64,000 bases of DNA from Candidatus Microgenomates bacterium (GTDB lineage: Bacteria; Patescibacteriota; Microgenomatia; UBA8517). The position numbers and the translations under genes were made by a program. The stretch lies in the NCBI GenBank assembly GCA_049523135.1, contig JBEKNE010000001.1:146095-210094 (forward strand), read 5' to 3'. The notes under the pieces are model-generated. The model was given only the letters and a program-made list of their open reading frames with translations, was not told where the DNA came from and searched no databases. Below are positions 24,739-35,068 of this stretch, piece by piece. Each line of letters starts with the position of its first letter. Within the stretch, counting starts at the first letter, position 1.

Positions 24739-26466
24739 ATGGAAGATCTAATCGCCAGGGGACGCAAGATTATTAATTCCCAACAAAATTCAATTCTTTC
24801 TGCTGCAACCCTCATTATGGCAATGATAGCTTTATCTCTGATTCTGGGATTCATTAGTCAGAGGGTTTTGGCAAGCTATTTTAGTCCGGATTCTCTTTCA
24901 CTGTTCTTTGCGGCTTTCAGACTTCCCGATGCAATTTTTCAGGTTTTGGTTTTTGGCGCTTTTTCATCCGCTTTTATTCCTGTTTTTACAAAGACACTTA
25001 AAGAAGGCAGGGCAAGAGCATGGCTTTTGGCGGGGAAAGTTGCTTCAATCGGACTTGCAATCTTTCTTTTTGCGGTTGCAATTGTCGGATTTTTTGCCGT
25101 TAAGATATATGCAATTATTGCTCCCGGCTATGGCCCTGCGGGGACTGCCGAGATAGCTTTTTTGGCCAGAATTCTTTTTGCCGCACAAGGATTTTTTGTG
25201 ATAAGTTATGTCTTAACAGGTGTCTTGGAATCGCTTCGAAGGTTTTTGGTTCCGGCTCTGGCACCCATTTTTTATAATCTCGGAATAATTTTGGGAACTG
25301 TAATTCTTACTCCTTACCTTGGTTTAACTGCTCCTGCCGTTGGAGTTGTTATCGGAGCTTTTGCACATTTTATGATACAGTTTCCTCTTTCCAGAAAGCT
25401 TGGCTTCCGTTTTACTTTGGATTTGAAGCCCAATGAAGGAGTAAAGGATATTGGGAAATTGGCACTTCCCAGAGTAATAGATTTAGCTTTCGATCAGTTG
25501 GGTCAAAGCGTGGAGTTGTTTCTTTCCTCAATTATTTCTCAAGCCGCATATACTTATTATACTTTTGCCAACTCTCTTCAACTTTTGCCGGTGACCCTTT
25601 TTGGAACCTCTCTCGCTAAAGCAGTCCTGCCTATGCTTTCCCATGCAGACGGCAATTGGAAAGAATATAGAAGAATTCTTCTTGTTGCAATTTTTCAGGC
25701 AATGTTTTTTACCTTGCCGCTTTCTGCTGCTTTAATTGCCCTGAGGGTTCCGGCAGTCCGTCTTGTTTACGGAACAAAAATTTTTGATTGGGAGGCAACA
25801 ATCGAGACAAGTACAACTCTTTCCGTTTTTGCATTTTCTATAATTTCTCAAACTTTAATGTCCGTTCTGGCCCGTGCCTTTTTTGCGCTTCACGATACAA
25901 AAACCCCCGTAATAGTTTCTTTTATTGGCCTTTTTCTTTTGATAGCAGGGGATTTTGTTTTGGTTAAAGGCTTCCACATGGATGTTTGGGCGCTTGCCGC
26001 TTCATTTGCTTTTAGCACCATGGTTGAGGCGGCAATTCTTTTAATTTTAATAGATAAAAGAGTCGGTGAAATTCTTAATCCGAAGTTTTTTATCCATACA
26101 CTGAAAATTTTAACGGCCTCGGTGATTTCTGGCAGTGCTATGTTTTTTATACTTAAAATCTTTGATAAATCAGTCTGGGTTAAAAGACTTTCGTTTCTGA
26201 ATGGAGTTGATGTAGCAAGAACCTTTCCTTTTGAAAAATTTATGCTTGATACCCGCTACACCGGAAACGTCATAATTTTGACGGTTGTTACTTTTGTAGT
26301 GGGAGCAACAATTTACACTCTTTTATCACTTCTTTTGAGGGTAGATGAAACAAAATATTTCCTGAATATTGCCAAGAGCGTAGTTATTAAACACAGGTTG
26401 CCTCCTCTGCCGCCGAAAGAAGAGGAGCCGATTACCCAAAGTGCGGATACGCAGATGCAACAGTAA
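24739..26466 (+). CDS. murJ: Lipid II flippase MurJ (MviN)
   Basis: 14 TM helices and a MurJ-like N-terminus (FFAAFRLPDAIFQVLVFGAFSSAFIPVF). I chose the Met at 24739 (MEDLIARG) to avoid overlapping the divergent rpsT. Confidence 0.8.
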   Translation: MEDLIARGRKIINSQQNSILSAATLIMAMIALSLILGFISQRVLASYFSPDSLSLFFAAFRLPDAIFQVLVFGAFSSAFIPVFTKTLKEGRARAWLLAGKVASIGLAIFLFAVAIVGFFAVKIYAIIAPGYGPAGTAEIAFLARILFAAQGFFVISYVLTGVLESLRRFLVPALAPIFYNLGIILGTVILTPYLGLTAPAVGVVIGAFAHFMIQFPLSRKLGFRFTLDLKPNEGVKDIGKLALPRVIDLAFDQLGQSVELFLSSIISQAAYTYYTFANSLQLLPVTLFGTSLAKAVLPMLSHADGNWKEYRRILLVAIFQAMFFTLPLSAALIALRVPAVRLVYGTKIFDWEATIETSTTLSVFAFSIISQTLMSVLARAFFALHDTKTPVIVSFIGLFLLIAGDFVLVKGFHMDVWALAASFAFSTMVEAAILLILIDKRVGEILNPKFFIHTLKILTASVISGSAMFFILKIFDKSVWVKRLSFLNGVDVARTFPFEKFMLDTRYTGNVIILTVVTFVVGATIYTLLSLLLRVDETKYFLNIAKSVVIKHRLPPLPPKEEEPITQSADTQMQQ

Positions 26467-26483
26467 GCTTCAAAAACGACCTC

Positions 26484-26512
26484 TTGACAAGTATTAGCAC
26501 TCGGTCTATCAT
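26484..26512 (+). promoter_or_regulatory. Sigma-A type promoter of the hrcA operon
   Basis: -35 TTGACA at 26484-26489, a 17-bp spacer, and -10 TATCAT at 26507-26512. Confidence 0.5.
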
Positions 26513-26520
26513 ACTGCTAA
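26494..26520 (+). promoter_or_regulatory. CIRCE operator (HrcA binding site) overlapping the promoter
   Basis: TTAGCACTC-N9-TACTGCTAA against the consensus TTAGCACTC-N9-GAGTGCTAA. It lies immediately upstream of hrcA. Confidence 0.65.
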
Positions 26521-26521
26521 T

Positions 26522-27256
26522 ATGACAGATGGACTTACATCAAGACAGACACAAATTTTAAAAACTATCATTAATGAATATATAGAAACAGCTGAGCCGG
26601 TTGGCTCCGAAGCTCTTGATAAGAAATATAATCTCGGCGTTTCCCCTGCGACAATCCGGAACGAAATGGTATCTCTTACTAAAACAGGATATCTTAAACA
26701 ACCTCACGCTTCAGCCGGGAGAGTTCCCACTCCACTTGCAATGAAATTTTATATAAACCAACTTATGGAGGAAAAACAGATGAGTCTGGTTGACGAGGTT
26801 AAGGCAAAAGAAGAAGTTTGGGATTCTCGGGATGATATAGATGAGCTTATGGATGAAGCAACCCATGCGCTTGCGACGAGAACTAAATCTCTGGCGGTTG
26901 CGGCACTTAAAGACAAAAAAAACAGATTTTGGCAAGCGGGACAATCTTATATTTTTAACAATCCTGAGTTTGCCGAAATGGTCACGTGTCAAAATCTTTT
27001 TTCGATTTTTGATGAATTTGATAAGCTTGACAGACTTTTCTTTGGGCTTGAATCCACTTCCCCTCTTGAGGTTCTTTTTGGAGAAGAATTGGGAATCCCT
27101 GAACTGATGCCTACCGGAATTGTTGCGACGCATTTTAATATAAAAGGTAAGCCGGGAGCTCTCGGGGTAATCGGTCCGGCAAGAGCAGATTACGGAACGG
27201 TTATTCCGATACTCAGATATTTTGGGAATTTAATTCAGGAAGTTGCAAACGGTTAA
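26522..27256 (+). CDS. hrcA: Heat-inducible transcription repressor HrcA
   Basis: The N-terminal LTSRQTQILKTIINEYIETAEPVGSEAL...ATIRNEM...GRVPT is a typical HrcA winged-helix N-terminus. Confidence 0.8.
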   Translation: MTDGLTSRQTQILKTIINEYIETAEPVGSEALDKKYNLGVSPATIRNEMVSLTKTGYLKQPHASAGRVPTPLAMKFYINQLMEEKQMSLVDEVKAKEEVWDSRDDIDELMDEATHALATRTKSLAVAALKDKKNRFWQAGQSYIFNNPEFAEMVTCQNLFSIFDEFDKLDRLFFGLESTSPLEVLFGEELGIPELMPTGIVATHFNIKGKPGALGVIGPARADYGTVIPILRYFGNLIQEVANG

Positions 27257-27257
27257 A

Positions 27258-27704
27258 ATGGCAAAAGGAAAAAAACAGGAGAAGATTGACGAGGAAAAAG
27301 TTCTTTTGAAAAATCAATTGGCAAGAGCATTGGCAGATTACGATAATTTAAGAAAAAGAGTCGAATCTGAAAAACTGATGTGGGAAGTTGAAGCGGAATC
27401 AAGAGCTGTACAAAAACTCTTGCCGGTTTTGGACATGATCGAAGATGCACAAACCCACTTGAAAGATTCGGGGCTGGCAATTGTAATTGGGGAATTTAAG
27501 CGGTCATTAAGTGAACTTGATGTAGAAGAGATTAAGGCTAGTCCTGGGGATGAATTTAACCCATTGGAAGAGGAAGTTATTGAAATAGTTTCAGGTGGAG
27601 TTAATAATAAGATTAGTGAAGTTATAAAAACAGGCTGGAAGATTAAAGGAGAGAGTTTTATAATTAGACCTGCTAAAGTTAAGGTCTTTGGAAAAAATAA
27701 ATAA
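27258..27704 (+). CDS. grpE: Nucleotide exchange factor GrpE
   Basis: Coiled-coil N-terminus and GrpE signature (LADYDNLRKRVESEK). I chose the ATG at 27258 to avoid overlap with hrcA. Confidence 0.8.
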   Translation: MAKGKKQEKIDEEKVLLKNQLARALADYDNLRKRVESEKLMWEVEAESRAVQKLLPVLDMIEDAQTHLKDSGLAIVIGEFKRSLSELDVEEIKASPGDEFNPLEEEVIEIVSGGVNNKISEVIKTGWKIKGESFIIRPAKVKVFGKNK

Positions 27705-27713
27705 ATTTAAATT

Positions 27714-29618
27714 ATGGGAAAAATAATTGGAATAGATTTAGGAACAACAAATTCATGTGTCGCGGTAATGGAGGGTGGCCGGCCCAAAGTTATCCCGGCA
27801 GTTGATACAGGGAAAAATACTACTCCGTCGGTAGTTGAACCTGTCAAAAATTTGGTAGGGGACGTTGCCAAAAGGCAAATGATCCTTAATGCAAAAAATA
27901 CCGTATATTCGGCAAAACGCCTCATGGGTCGAAGATTTACGGATAAAGAAGTGAAAAGGACCATTGAAATGGTTCCTTACAAAATTGTCGACGGCAAGAA
28001 CGGAATGGCCGATATTGAGATTGAAGGCAAGACTTATACTCCTCAGGAAATTGGCGCCAGAGTTCTAATGAAGCTTAAGAAAGACGCCGAAAAATATTTG
28101 GGTGAAGACGTGACTCAAGCAGTTATTACGGTCCCCGCCTATTTTGACGATGCCCAGCGCCAAGCAACCAGACAGGCCGGAGAAATTGCCGGACTAAAAG
28201 TTGAAAGAATTATTAATGAACCGACAGCTTCAGCACTCGCCTACGGAATGGATAAGAAAAAATCCGAAAAAATTGCGGTCTATGACCTTGGAGGCGGAAC
28301 TTTTGATATTTCAATTTTGGATATCGGCGACGGAGTAATAGAGGTCAAAGCCACAAATGGAGACACCCATCTTGGAGGCGATGATTTTGACGCAGTAATT
28401 GTTGACTATATTGTCTCCGAATTTAAGAAAGAAAACGGAATTGACCTTAAAGCCGATACACAGGCTTATCAAAGAGTCAGGGATGCAGCCGAAAAAGCCA
28501 AGATTGAACTTTCCGCGGCTGACGAGGTTGAGATTAATCAACCTTACATTACCCAAAAAGACGGTCAACCCCTTCACCTTATGATGAAGCTTACCCGTGC
28601 CAAGATGGAGGGCTTGGTGGATGACCTAATTCAAAAAACAATTAAGCCGGTTGAGGCGTGTCTAAAGGATGCAAAGATGGATCCTCATGATGTTGATGAG
28701 GTAATTATGGTTGGCGGAATGACTAGAATGCCTAAAGTTGTCGAAGTTGTCAAAAACTTCTTTGGTAAGCAGCCTAACCAATCGGTTAACCCCGATGAAG
28801 TCGTTGCAGTCGGAGCCGCAATTCAGGGCGGAGTTTTGGGAGGCGAGGTCAAAGATATACTACTTCTCGACGTAACTCCTCTGACTTTAGCCATAGAAAC
28901 CATGGGAAATATTGCTACCCCAATGATTGCAAGAAATACCACGGTTCCTACCAGCAAAACCGAGGTTTTCTCAACCGCCAGCGATAACCAAACACAAGTC
29001 CAAATTGTTGTAACTCAAGGTGAGCGCCCAATGAGTGCGGACAATAAAACTCTTGGGACCTTTATTCTTGACGGAATTCCACCGGCACCACGCGGAGTTC
29101 CTCAAGTTGAAGTTACTTTTGACCTTGATGCATCCGGAATTCTGACCGTTACGGCCAAGGATAAAGCAACAAGCAAGACTCAGAATATTAAAATTACCGG
29201 CGCGGTAGGTCTATCCGATGATGAAATTAAGAGAATGCAGGAAGAGGCCGAAAAGCACAAAGCCGAGGATGAAAAGAAAGCCGATGTGGTCAAAACCAGG
29301 AATAGTGCTGATGCCATGGTTGCCACGGCCGAAAAAGCACTAAAAGATGCCGGTGATAAAGTTCCTGCCGATGTTAAGGAAAAAGTTGAAGAGAAAGTTA
29401 AGAAAGTAAAAGAAACTACGGCCAAAGAAGATTCCTCAAAGGAAGATATTGAAAATGCAACTAAGGATTTGTCCGACACTTTGAGCCAAATCGGACAAGC
29501 AATGTACGGTCAGCAAGGCCAATCTCAACCTCAAGGTGAATCGAAATCTGACGGAGAAGATAAGAAAGAAGACAAGAAAGATGATGAAAAGGTTGAAGAG
29601 GGAGAAGTTGTGAGTTAA
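27714..29618 (+). CDS. dnaK: Chaperone DnaK (Hsp70)
   Basis: [14 protein letters not shown] and DLGGGTFD motifs, full-length Hsp70, acidic C-terminal tail. Confidence 0.95.
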   Translation: MGKIIGIDLGTTNSCVAVMEGGRPKVIPAVDTGKNTTPSVVEPVKNLVGDVAKRQMILNAKNTVYSAKRLMGRRFTDKEVKRTIEMVPYKIVDGKNGMADIEIEGKTYTPQEIGARVLMKLKKDAEKYLGEDVTQAVITVPAYFDDAQRQATRQAGEIAGLKVERIINEPTASALAYGMDKKKSEKIAVYDLGGGTFDISILDIGDGVIEVKATNGDTHLGGDDFDAVIVDYIVSEFKKENGIDLKADTQAYQRVRDAAEKAKIELSAADEVEINQPYITQKDGQPLHLMMKLTRAKMEGLVDDLIQKTIKPVEACLKDAKMDPHDVDEVIMVGGMTRMPKVVEVVKNFFGKQPNQSVNPDEVVAVGAAIQGGVLGGEVKDILLLDVTPLTLAIETMGNIATPMIARNTTVPTSKTEVFSTASDNQTQVQIVVTQGERPMSADNKTLGTFILDGIPPAPRGVPQVEVTFDLDASGILTVTAKDKATSKTQNIKITGAVGLSDDEIKRMQEEAEKHKAEDEKKADVVKTRNSADAMVATAEKALKDAGDKVPADVKEKVEEKVKKVKETTAKEDSSKEDIENATKDLSDTLSQIGQAMYGQQGQSQPQGESKSDGEDKKEDKKDDEKVEEGEVVS

Positions 29619-29629
29619 GCTTCATTTTA

Positions 29630-30523
29630 ATGGCTACTAAAGCAGATTATTATGACATCCTCGGTGTGAGTAAGACTGCTTCTGCTGATGAAATCAAAAA
29701 GGCTTACAGGAAGCAGGCTTTGGAGTGGCATCCTGACCGTCACAAGGACGATAAGGAAGCTGCCGAGAAGAAATTCAAGGAAATTAACGAAGCCTATCAA
29801 GTTCTTTCCGATCCTCAGAAAAAGGCCGCTTTTGATCAATATGGTTCTGCCGCTTTTACTCCGGGAGGAGGCAATCCCTTTGCAGGAGGCGGAAATCCAT
29901 TCGGAGGTTTTCAAGGCGGACAAAGTGGGCCATTTACTTACACTTATACAACAGGTGGAGATGGAGGTAATCCTTTTGGCAATGTCGATTTTGGCGACCC
30001 GTTTGATATTTTTGAACAATTTTTTGGCGGAGGAAATCCTTTTGGCGGAACCCGTCGTCAGCAAATTCCCCGCTATTCTATCGATTTAACTTTTATGGAA
30101 GCCGTAAACGGTGTCTCAAAAGAAGTTTCAATTGGCGGGAAGAAGCGAAAAATTAAAATTCCGGCAGGAATTTATGAAGGGGCCAGAATTAATTTTGGGG
30201 ACTTTACTTTATCAATAAATATTAAGCCGGATAAAATTTTTGAAAGACAAGACGATGATATTTATATAGGAGTCGCAATTCCCTTTTCTCTTGCAACTTT
30301 GGGAGGGGAAATTGAAGTTCCGACGGTTGAGGGAAAAATTAAACTTAGAATCCGCCCCGGCACCCAAAGTGGAACAATGATGAGGCTTAGGGAAAGAGGC
30401 GTTGCCCACCTTCACGGACGCGGCAAGGGAGATGAGTACGTGAGACTTAATATTTTATCCCCAGAAAAACTCAGTAGAGAACAAAGAAGAATTATTGAGG
30501 AAATGAAAGAGGAAGGATTGTAG
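29630..30523 (+). CDS. dnaJ: DnaJ-class co-chaperone (J domain + G/F region + C-terminal substrate-binding domains, no zinc finger; CbpA-like)
   Basis: DYYDILGV...HPD J-domain and a Gly/Phe-rich linker. No CxxCxGxG repeats. Confidence 0.8.
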   Translation: MATKADYYDILGVSKTASADEIKKAYRKQALEWHPDRHKDDKEAAEKKFKEINEAYQVLSDPQKKAAFDQYGSAAFTPGGGNPFAGGGNPFGGFQGGQSGPFTYTYTTGGDGGNPFGNVDFGDPFDIFEQFFGGGNPFGGTRRQQIPRYSIDLTFMEAVNGVSKEVSIGGKKRKIKIPAGIYEGARINFGDFTLSINIKPDKIFERQDDDIYIGVAIPFSLATLGGEIEVPTVEGKIKLRIRPGTQSGTMMRLRERGVAHLHGRGKGDEYVRLNILSPEKLSREQRRIIEEMKEEGL

Positions 30524-30532
30524 AAACTTACA

Positions 30533-30594
30533 CTAACTTCAGGAACAATTATTTTTTAATAATTGTCAGGGATTAAGCCTGAAGTTAGATTTTT
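30533..30594 (+). terminator. Putative rho-independent terminator downstream of dnaJ
   Basis: A perfect 11-bp inverted repeat, CTAACTTCAGG (30533-30543) and CCTGAAGTTAG (30578-30588), encloses a nested AT-rich hairpin and is followed by ATTTTT. Confidence 0.4.
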
Positions 30595-30612
30595 CCCTGT
30601 TTGCAAAACTGC

Positions 30613-30831
30613 TTATGAGCAGAAATAAAGGGCCATTCCCAAAATCAGTCCCGAGAGAGCAAATGAAATCGTTAGTTTTAGCCATATGGTCAAGTAATTT
30701 TCATTACCTTGAATGACCTGACTCAGACCAAAAAACCAAATGATAACCAATGTGGTTATACTTGCTCCCGACAGGGCATATGATGAGACTCTCACCCAGT
30801 TGACTTTCTGCAACTTTTCAACGAACGTCAT
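30613..30831 (-). CDS. Small membrane protein, hypothetical
   Basis: 72 aa with two TM helices. Confidence 0.25.
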   Translation of the reverse strand: MTFVEKLQKVNWVRVSSYALSGASITTLVIIWFFGLSQVIQGNENYLTIWLKLTISFALSGLILGMALYFCS

Positions 30832-31017
30832 TTCTTCCTCCTTATTGGAACTAAATGGTTTATTGACGCTACTGTCAATGTGGTTATGCTAACAGAAAAC
30901 TTCGCAAAAGTCAAGATTATGGGGTAGGTTTGACTTCTGCAGGCTTCTAGACTAAAATTACCTCAGGAATTAAGAAAGAGAGGTGGGACGAGTGCCCGCC
31001 TTTTTTGTTAAAAGGAG

Positions 31018-32232
31018 ATGAATAACGCACCAAGAACAGAATTTAGTCAGGCACTAAAAGCCATAGCTCAGGAGCGAGGGCTTGACCCGGACGTGATTTT
31101 GGAAACCATTAAACAGGCAATTATCGCCGCTTATAAAAGAGACGCTTTTGAGGAAGGAACCGATGTTGAGGCTTTTGACTATGACGCCGTAATTGATCCG
31201 GTAAATGGCGAAACTAAAGTTTTTGCCTGGCCGCTCCCTGCTGAAGACGCCACCGAGGCTCAAATTAAAGAAGCAAAGAAAGATAAACGCGATGTTACCC
31301 CGCCCGGTTTTGGCCGAATTGCCGCTCAAACCGCCAAACAGGTTATTCATCAGAAGATCAGGGAAGCGGAAAAAGGTGCGATTATGGAAGAATTTTCGGA
31401 AAGAGTCGGTTCTTTGGTCTCGGGACTGGTTTTAAGATTTGACGGACCGAATGTGCGAGTTGACCTTGGACGGACTGAGGCGATAATGCTGGCTGAAGAC
31501 AGAATCCCCAGTGAAAGATTAAACCTAAATCAGCGTTTAACGTTTTTGATTAAAGCAATTAACGAAACCCCCAGAGGCAAGGAAATATTTTTATCCCGTG
31601 CCGCCCCCGAATTTGTTGCCAAACTTTTTGCCAGAGAAGTGCCTGAAATTTCTTCAAATTCTGTTGAAATTAAAGCTATTGCCAGAGAGGCAGGAGTCAG
31701 AACAAAAGTTGCCGTATTTTCGTCTCAAACCGGAGTTGACCCTGTTGGAAGCTGTGTCGGGCAAAAAGGAGTCAGGGTTCAGGCCGTAACCAATGAAATT
31801 GGCGGAGAGCGGGTTGATGTAATTTCATGGAATGATGACCCGGCGGAACTTATTAAGTCTTCACTCTCACCTGCCGAAAATCTTTCAGTGAAGCTTAATA
31901 ATGAAACGAAAATTGCTACAGTTTCGGCTCCCGAGGATCAGCTTTCAATGGCTATTGGAAAAGACGGACAAAATGTTAGGTTAACCGCAAAGTTAACTGG
32001 CTTCCGAATTGAAGTTGAAGGAAATGGCACCATTTCTGCTCCGGAAGAACCGATTGAAGAGCCGCCTCCCGCCCCGGTTGTTAAGAAAATTACAAAAACC
32101 AAAGCCAAAAAACTGGCTAAAAAAGCAAAAGCTGCGGCGGCTGAGGAACCAAATAAAGAACAAGTAGAAGAAGAACCGGCAGTTAAAATTCCGGAAATGA
32201 AGGAAGAGTTGAAGTCTGAAGATACTAAATGA
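31018..32232 (+). CDS. nusA: Transcription termination/antitermination factor NusA
   Basis: NusA N-terminal domain, S1, and two KH domains (GSCVGQKGVRVQAV). Lys/Ala-rich C-terminal tail. Confidence 0.9.
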   Translation: MNNAPRTEFSQALKAIAQERGLDPDVILETIKQAIIAAYKRDAFEEGTDVEAFDYDAVIDPVNGETKVFAWPLPAEDATEAQIKEAKKDKRDVTPPGFGRIAAQTAKQVIHQKIREAEKGAIMEEFSERVGSLVSGLVLRFDGPNVRVDLGRTEAIMLAEDRIPSERLNLNQRLTFLIKAINETPRGKEIFLSRAAPEFVAKLFAREVPEISSNSVEIKAIAREAGVRTKVAVFSSQTGVDPVGSCVGQKGVRVQAVTNEIGGERVDVISWNDDPAELIKSSLSPAENLSVKLNNETKIATVSAPEDQLSMAIGKDGQNVRLTAKLTGFRIEVEGNGTISAPEEPIEEPPPAPVVKKITKTKAKKLAKKAKAAAAEEPNKEQVEEEPAVKIPEMKEELKSEDTK

Positions 32233-32320
32233 CATGGAAATTTTTGTAAATTTCGTAAAATTATCTTCATAAATTAACTTCAGCGCTTCCGGATGAATTT
32301 TACATAACATTATAAATATC

Positions 32321-33745
32321 ATGGAAGCAAATACTAAAAATAACAGCCAAGCTCGACCTCCTATTGTTGTGGTTTTGGGCCATGTTGATCATGGAAAAAC
32401 AACACTTCTCGACACAATTAGAAAAACCAATGTAACGGCGCGCGAGGCCGGCGGAATTACGCAAAGCATTGGTGCTTCCACTGTTGAAACAAAAGAAGGA
32501 AAGAAAATTACTTTTATAGATACTCCCGGCCACGCGGCCTTCGGAAAAATGAGGAGCCGTGGAGCTAAAGTTGCTGATATTGCCATTTTGGTTGTAGCCC
32601 AAGATGATGGAGTTCAGCCGCAAACAAAAGAAGCTCTGCAGATTATTAAAGATGCGAATCTCCCCTTTGTTGTTGTCGGAACTAAAGCCGATATTGCCGG
32701 AGTCAGCCCTGAACGGCTTCAAGGTGAGCTTGAAAAAGAGGGTGTCTTTTTTGAAGGCAGGGGCGGGCAAATACCTTTTATTTCCGTTTCCGCAAAGACA
32801 AACACCGGAATTACAGAACTTCTTGAAATGCTTTCTTTAATGGCGGAAGTGGCAGAACTCAAAGGGGACCCAGCCGGGCCGCTTGAGGCGGTCGTGATTG
32901 AATCAAGCAGAGACAAAATGGGTCCTGTAGCAACAGTTGTTGTCAGAAACGGGAGTATAAAAGTTGGAGAAACTATTTTTGCCGAGGTAAGCGAATGTAA
33001 AGTAAGGGCACTTTTTGATGATAAGGGAAAAGCGATTCGCGAAGTTCTTCCGGGTAATCCCGCAAAAGTTTTTGGTTTTACGGGTACTCCCACAATTGGC
33101 GCTTCAGTTATGAGAGAGTCGCACACGGCCGTTAAAGAACCCCCAAAAGCTAAAGGAGTTTTTGATTTAAGGCGGCTTAAGGAAGACGAAATTCCGGTAA
33201 TTATTAAGGCAGATAACGCAGGAAGTCTTGAAGCAATAATTGCCTCGCTTCCTCCAAAAATTGTGGTTGTAGATAGCGGTGTTGGAGATGTAAATTCCTC
33301 CGATGTCATTAACGCCAAGACGGGAAATGCTTATATATTTGCCTTTGAATCAAAAATTCCAAATGACATTGCCAAGCTTGCGGAGGCAGAAAAAATAAAA
33401 GTTGAGAGATATGAAATTATTTACGAACTTTTACAGAAGCTTGAAGAAATTTTGAAGAAAGGCAGGATTGAAATTCTTGGTCATGCCCAAATTTTGGCCA
33501 GTTTTCCTTTCAACAATAAAAAAGTTGCAGGCTGTAAAGTTCTTGACGGCAGGATTACAAAGGGTGATCAGCTTTCTCTGGAGAGGAACGGAAAAGAAAT
33601 CGGCAAGGGGAAAGCGGTTTCCCTTAGAAAGCAAAAACTGGAAGTTGTCTCAGTCGGTCCGGCGGAAGAATTTGGGATAATTATCGAGCCGCAACTTGAT
33701 TTTGCCATCGGAGACGTGTTAGTATCCATCCGCAATGGAAAATAG
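32321..33745 (+). CDS. infB: Translation initiation factor IF-2 (minimal form, G domain to C-terminus)
   Basis: G-domain [17 protein letters not shown] and TKAD motifs. Only 474 aa, so the long N-terminal region of typical bacterial IF-2 is absent. Confidence 0.9.
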   Translation: MEANTKNNSQARPPIVVVLGHVDHGKTTLLDTIRKTNVTAREAGGITQSIGASTVETKEGKKITFIDTPGHAAFGKMRSRGAKVADIAILVVAQDDGVQPQTKEALQIIKDANLPFVVVGTKADIAGVSPERLQGELEKEGVFFEGRGGQIPFISVSAKTNTGITELLEMLSLMAEVAELKGDPAGPLEAVVIESSRDKMGPVATVVVRNGSIKVGETIFAEVSECKVRALFDDKGKAIREVLPGNPAKVFGFTGTPTIGASVMRESHTAVKEPPKAKGVFDLRRLKEDEIPVIIKADNAGSLEAIIASLPPKIVVVDSGVGDVNSSDVINAKTGNAYIFAFESKIPNDIAKLAEAEKIKVERYEIIYELLQKLEEILKKGRIEILGHAQILASFPFNNKKVAGCKVLDGRITKGDQLSLERNGKEIGKGKAVSLRKQKLEVVSVGPAEEFGIIIEPQLDFAIGDVLVSIRNGK

Positions 33746-34679
33746 CTTCGTTTCACTTATCGACTCTGCCGCCTCAATTCTTGTCGTCTTGCCCACAAAG
33801 CCTTATTTTGACCAAGTAGCCGCAGCTCTTTCTCTTTACCTTTCAATTCATGACAGAAAAGAAGTTAATATTTATTGTCCGACGCCAATGATGGTTGGTT
33901 TTAATAGACTTATCGGAGTTAATAAAATTTCAACTGATTTGGGCAACAAGAATCTGGCTATTAAATTTATTGGTTATGAAGCCTCCAATATTGAGAAAGT
34001 AAGCTACGATATTGATAACGGTGAGTTTAAGCTTACGGTTATTCCGAAAACGGGTTTTGCCGCTCCGCAAAAGGACCAAATAATGACTGAGTATTTTGGA
34101 ACTGCCGCTGATTTGGTAGTTTTAGTCGGCGGGGCAAACGACTCGCATTTTCCGATTCTTACATCAAGTGAACTAACCAATGCTAAAGTTGCGCATGTTG
34201 GCACCCGTGTTCTTGATACAAAGAGGGACGTTATGTCTTTTGCCAAGCCCGGAGCAACAACCTCCGAGTTGGTGGCAAATTTGATTAAGGAAAACGGGCT
34301 GACACTGGATGCGGATACTGCAACCAATTTAGTTATGGGGATTGAAGAAGGAAGTGCTAATTTTGGAAGTCCCGAGGTTACCCCTGAAACTTTTGAAACA
34401 TTTGCATATCTACTTAGAAATGGCGGTCAAAGAATACCGAAGGCGAGACTGAATCCCTCAAGTTTTCCTCCCGGAGCAATTCCGACAAGACCTTTTGTAG
34501 CTCATCCGGTTCAAAAACCGGTTACACCCATGCCGCAGATAGAAACTCAGCCCGAGGCAGTGGTTCCGGATGCGGGTCAGGAAAGTCCTGACGTAAATCC
34601 GCCTTCCGATTGGCTCCAGCCGAAAATATACAAAGGCTCTTCAAATCAGCCCCCCACTTTTAGTGAAAACAAGGGATAA
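33735..34679 (+). CDS. DHH-family phosphoesterase-like protein (NrnA-like, catalytic motifs degenerate) with Pro-rich C-terminal tail
   Basis: Position after infB, the ~310 aa size and a DHH-like N-terminal pattern (VVLPTKPYFDQVAAALSLYL) support the call. The canonical DHH/GGGH residues are not evident. The tail is P-rich. Confidence 0.3.
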   Translation: MENSFVSLIDSAASILVVLPTKPYFDQVAAALSLYLSIHDRKEVNIYCPTPMMVGFNRLIGVNKISTDLGNKNLAIKFIGYEASNIEKVSYDIDNGEFKLTVIPKTGFAAPQKDQIMTEYFGTAADLVVLVGGANDSHFPILTSSELTNAKVAHVGTRVLDTKRDVMSFAKPGATTSELVANLIKENGLTLDADTATNLVMGIEEGSANFGSPEVTPETFETFAYLLRNGGQRIPKARLNPSSFPPGAIPTRPFVAHPVQKPVTPMPQIETQPEAVVPDAGQESPDVNPPSDWLQPKIYKGSSNQPPTFSENKG

Positions 34680-34778
34680 AATTGATAATTGCGGTTCAGA
34701 AGATTTTCTGGTAATATACACAAGATGAAATCAAGGTTTAGCTTGAAATAGCTTTACTTTGCTTTTCATGACGACCAT

Positions 34779-35048
34779 ATGGCATTAGCTAAAGACGAAA
34801 AAGTAGACGTAATTAAAAAATTTGCTCGAGAAAAAGGCGATACGGGTTCTCCTGAAGTTCAAATCGCACTTCTTTCGGTAAAAATCGACAAATTAGTGGC
34901 CCACTTAAAAGAACACAAGAAAGACGTTCATTCGCGTCGCGGGCTTCTTTCAATGGTAGCCAAAAGGAGAAGACTCCTAAGCTATTTACATAGACGCGAT
35001 GAAGAACGTTATAAAAAACTCCTCACAGAGTTGAAGTTGGAAAAATAG
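34779..35048 (+). CDS. rpsO: 30S ribosomal protein S15
   Basis: GDTGSPEVQIALLS..HLKEHKKDVHSRRGLL..KRRRLLSYL is the S15 signature. Confidence 0.9.
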   Translation: MALAKDEKVDVIKKFAREKGDTGSPEVQIALLSVKIDKLVAHLKEHKKDVHSRRGLLSMVAKRRRLLSYLHRRDEERYKKLLTELKLEK

Positions 35049-35068
35049 ATTAAAAGAATATAAATATT

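Noticed and set aside
30832-31017. tRNA or other structured RNA gene in the ORF-free spacer before nusA
   Set aside because: I could not fold a cloverleaf and found no T-loop (GTTCRANYC) or anticodon-arm pattern. Only a terminator-like hairpin plus T-run is evident, which I report as a finding instead.
32719-33318. 199-aa ORF antisense to infB, and similar antisense ORFs in dnaK (29180-29479), rpoB (52473-54998), rpoC and tuf
   Set aside because: These are antisense shadows of highly conserved genes. The Ser/Thr/Ala-rich translations come from GC-skewed codon positions, so I do not call them coding.
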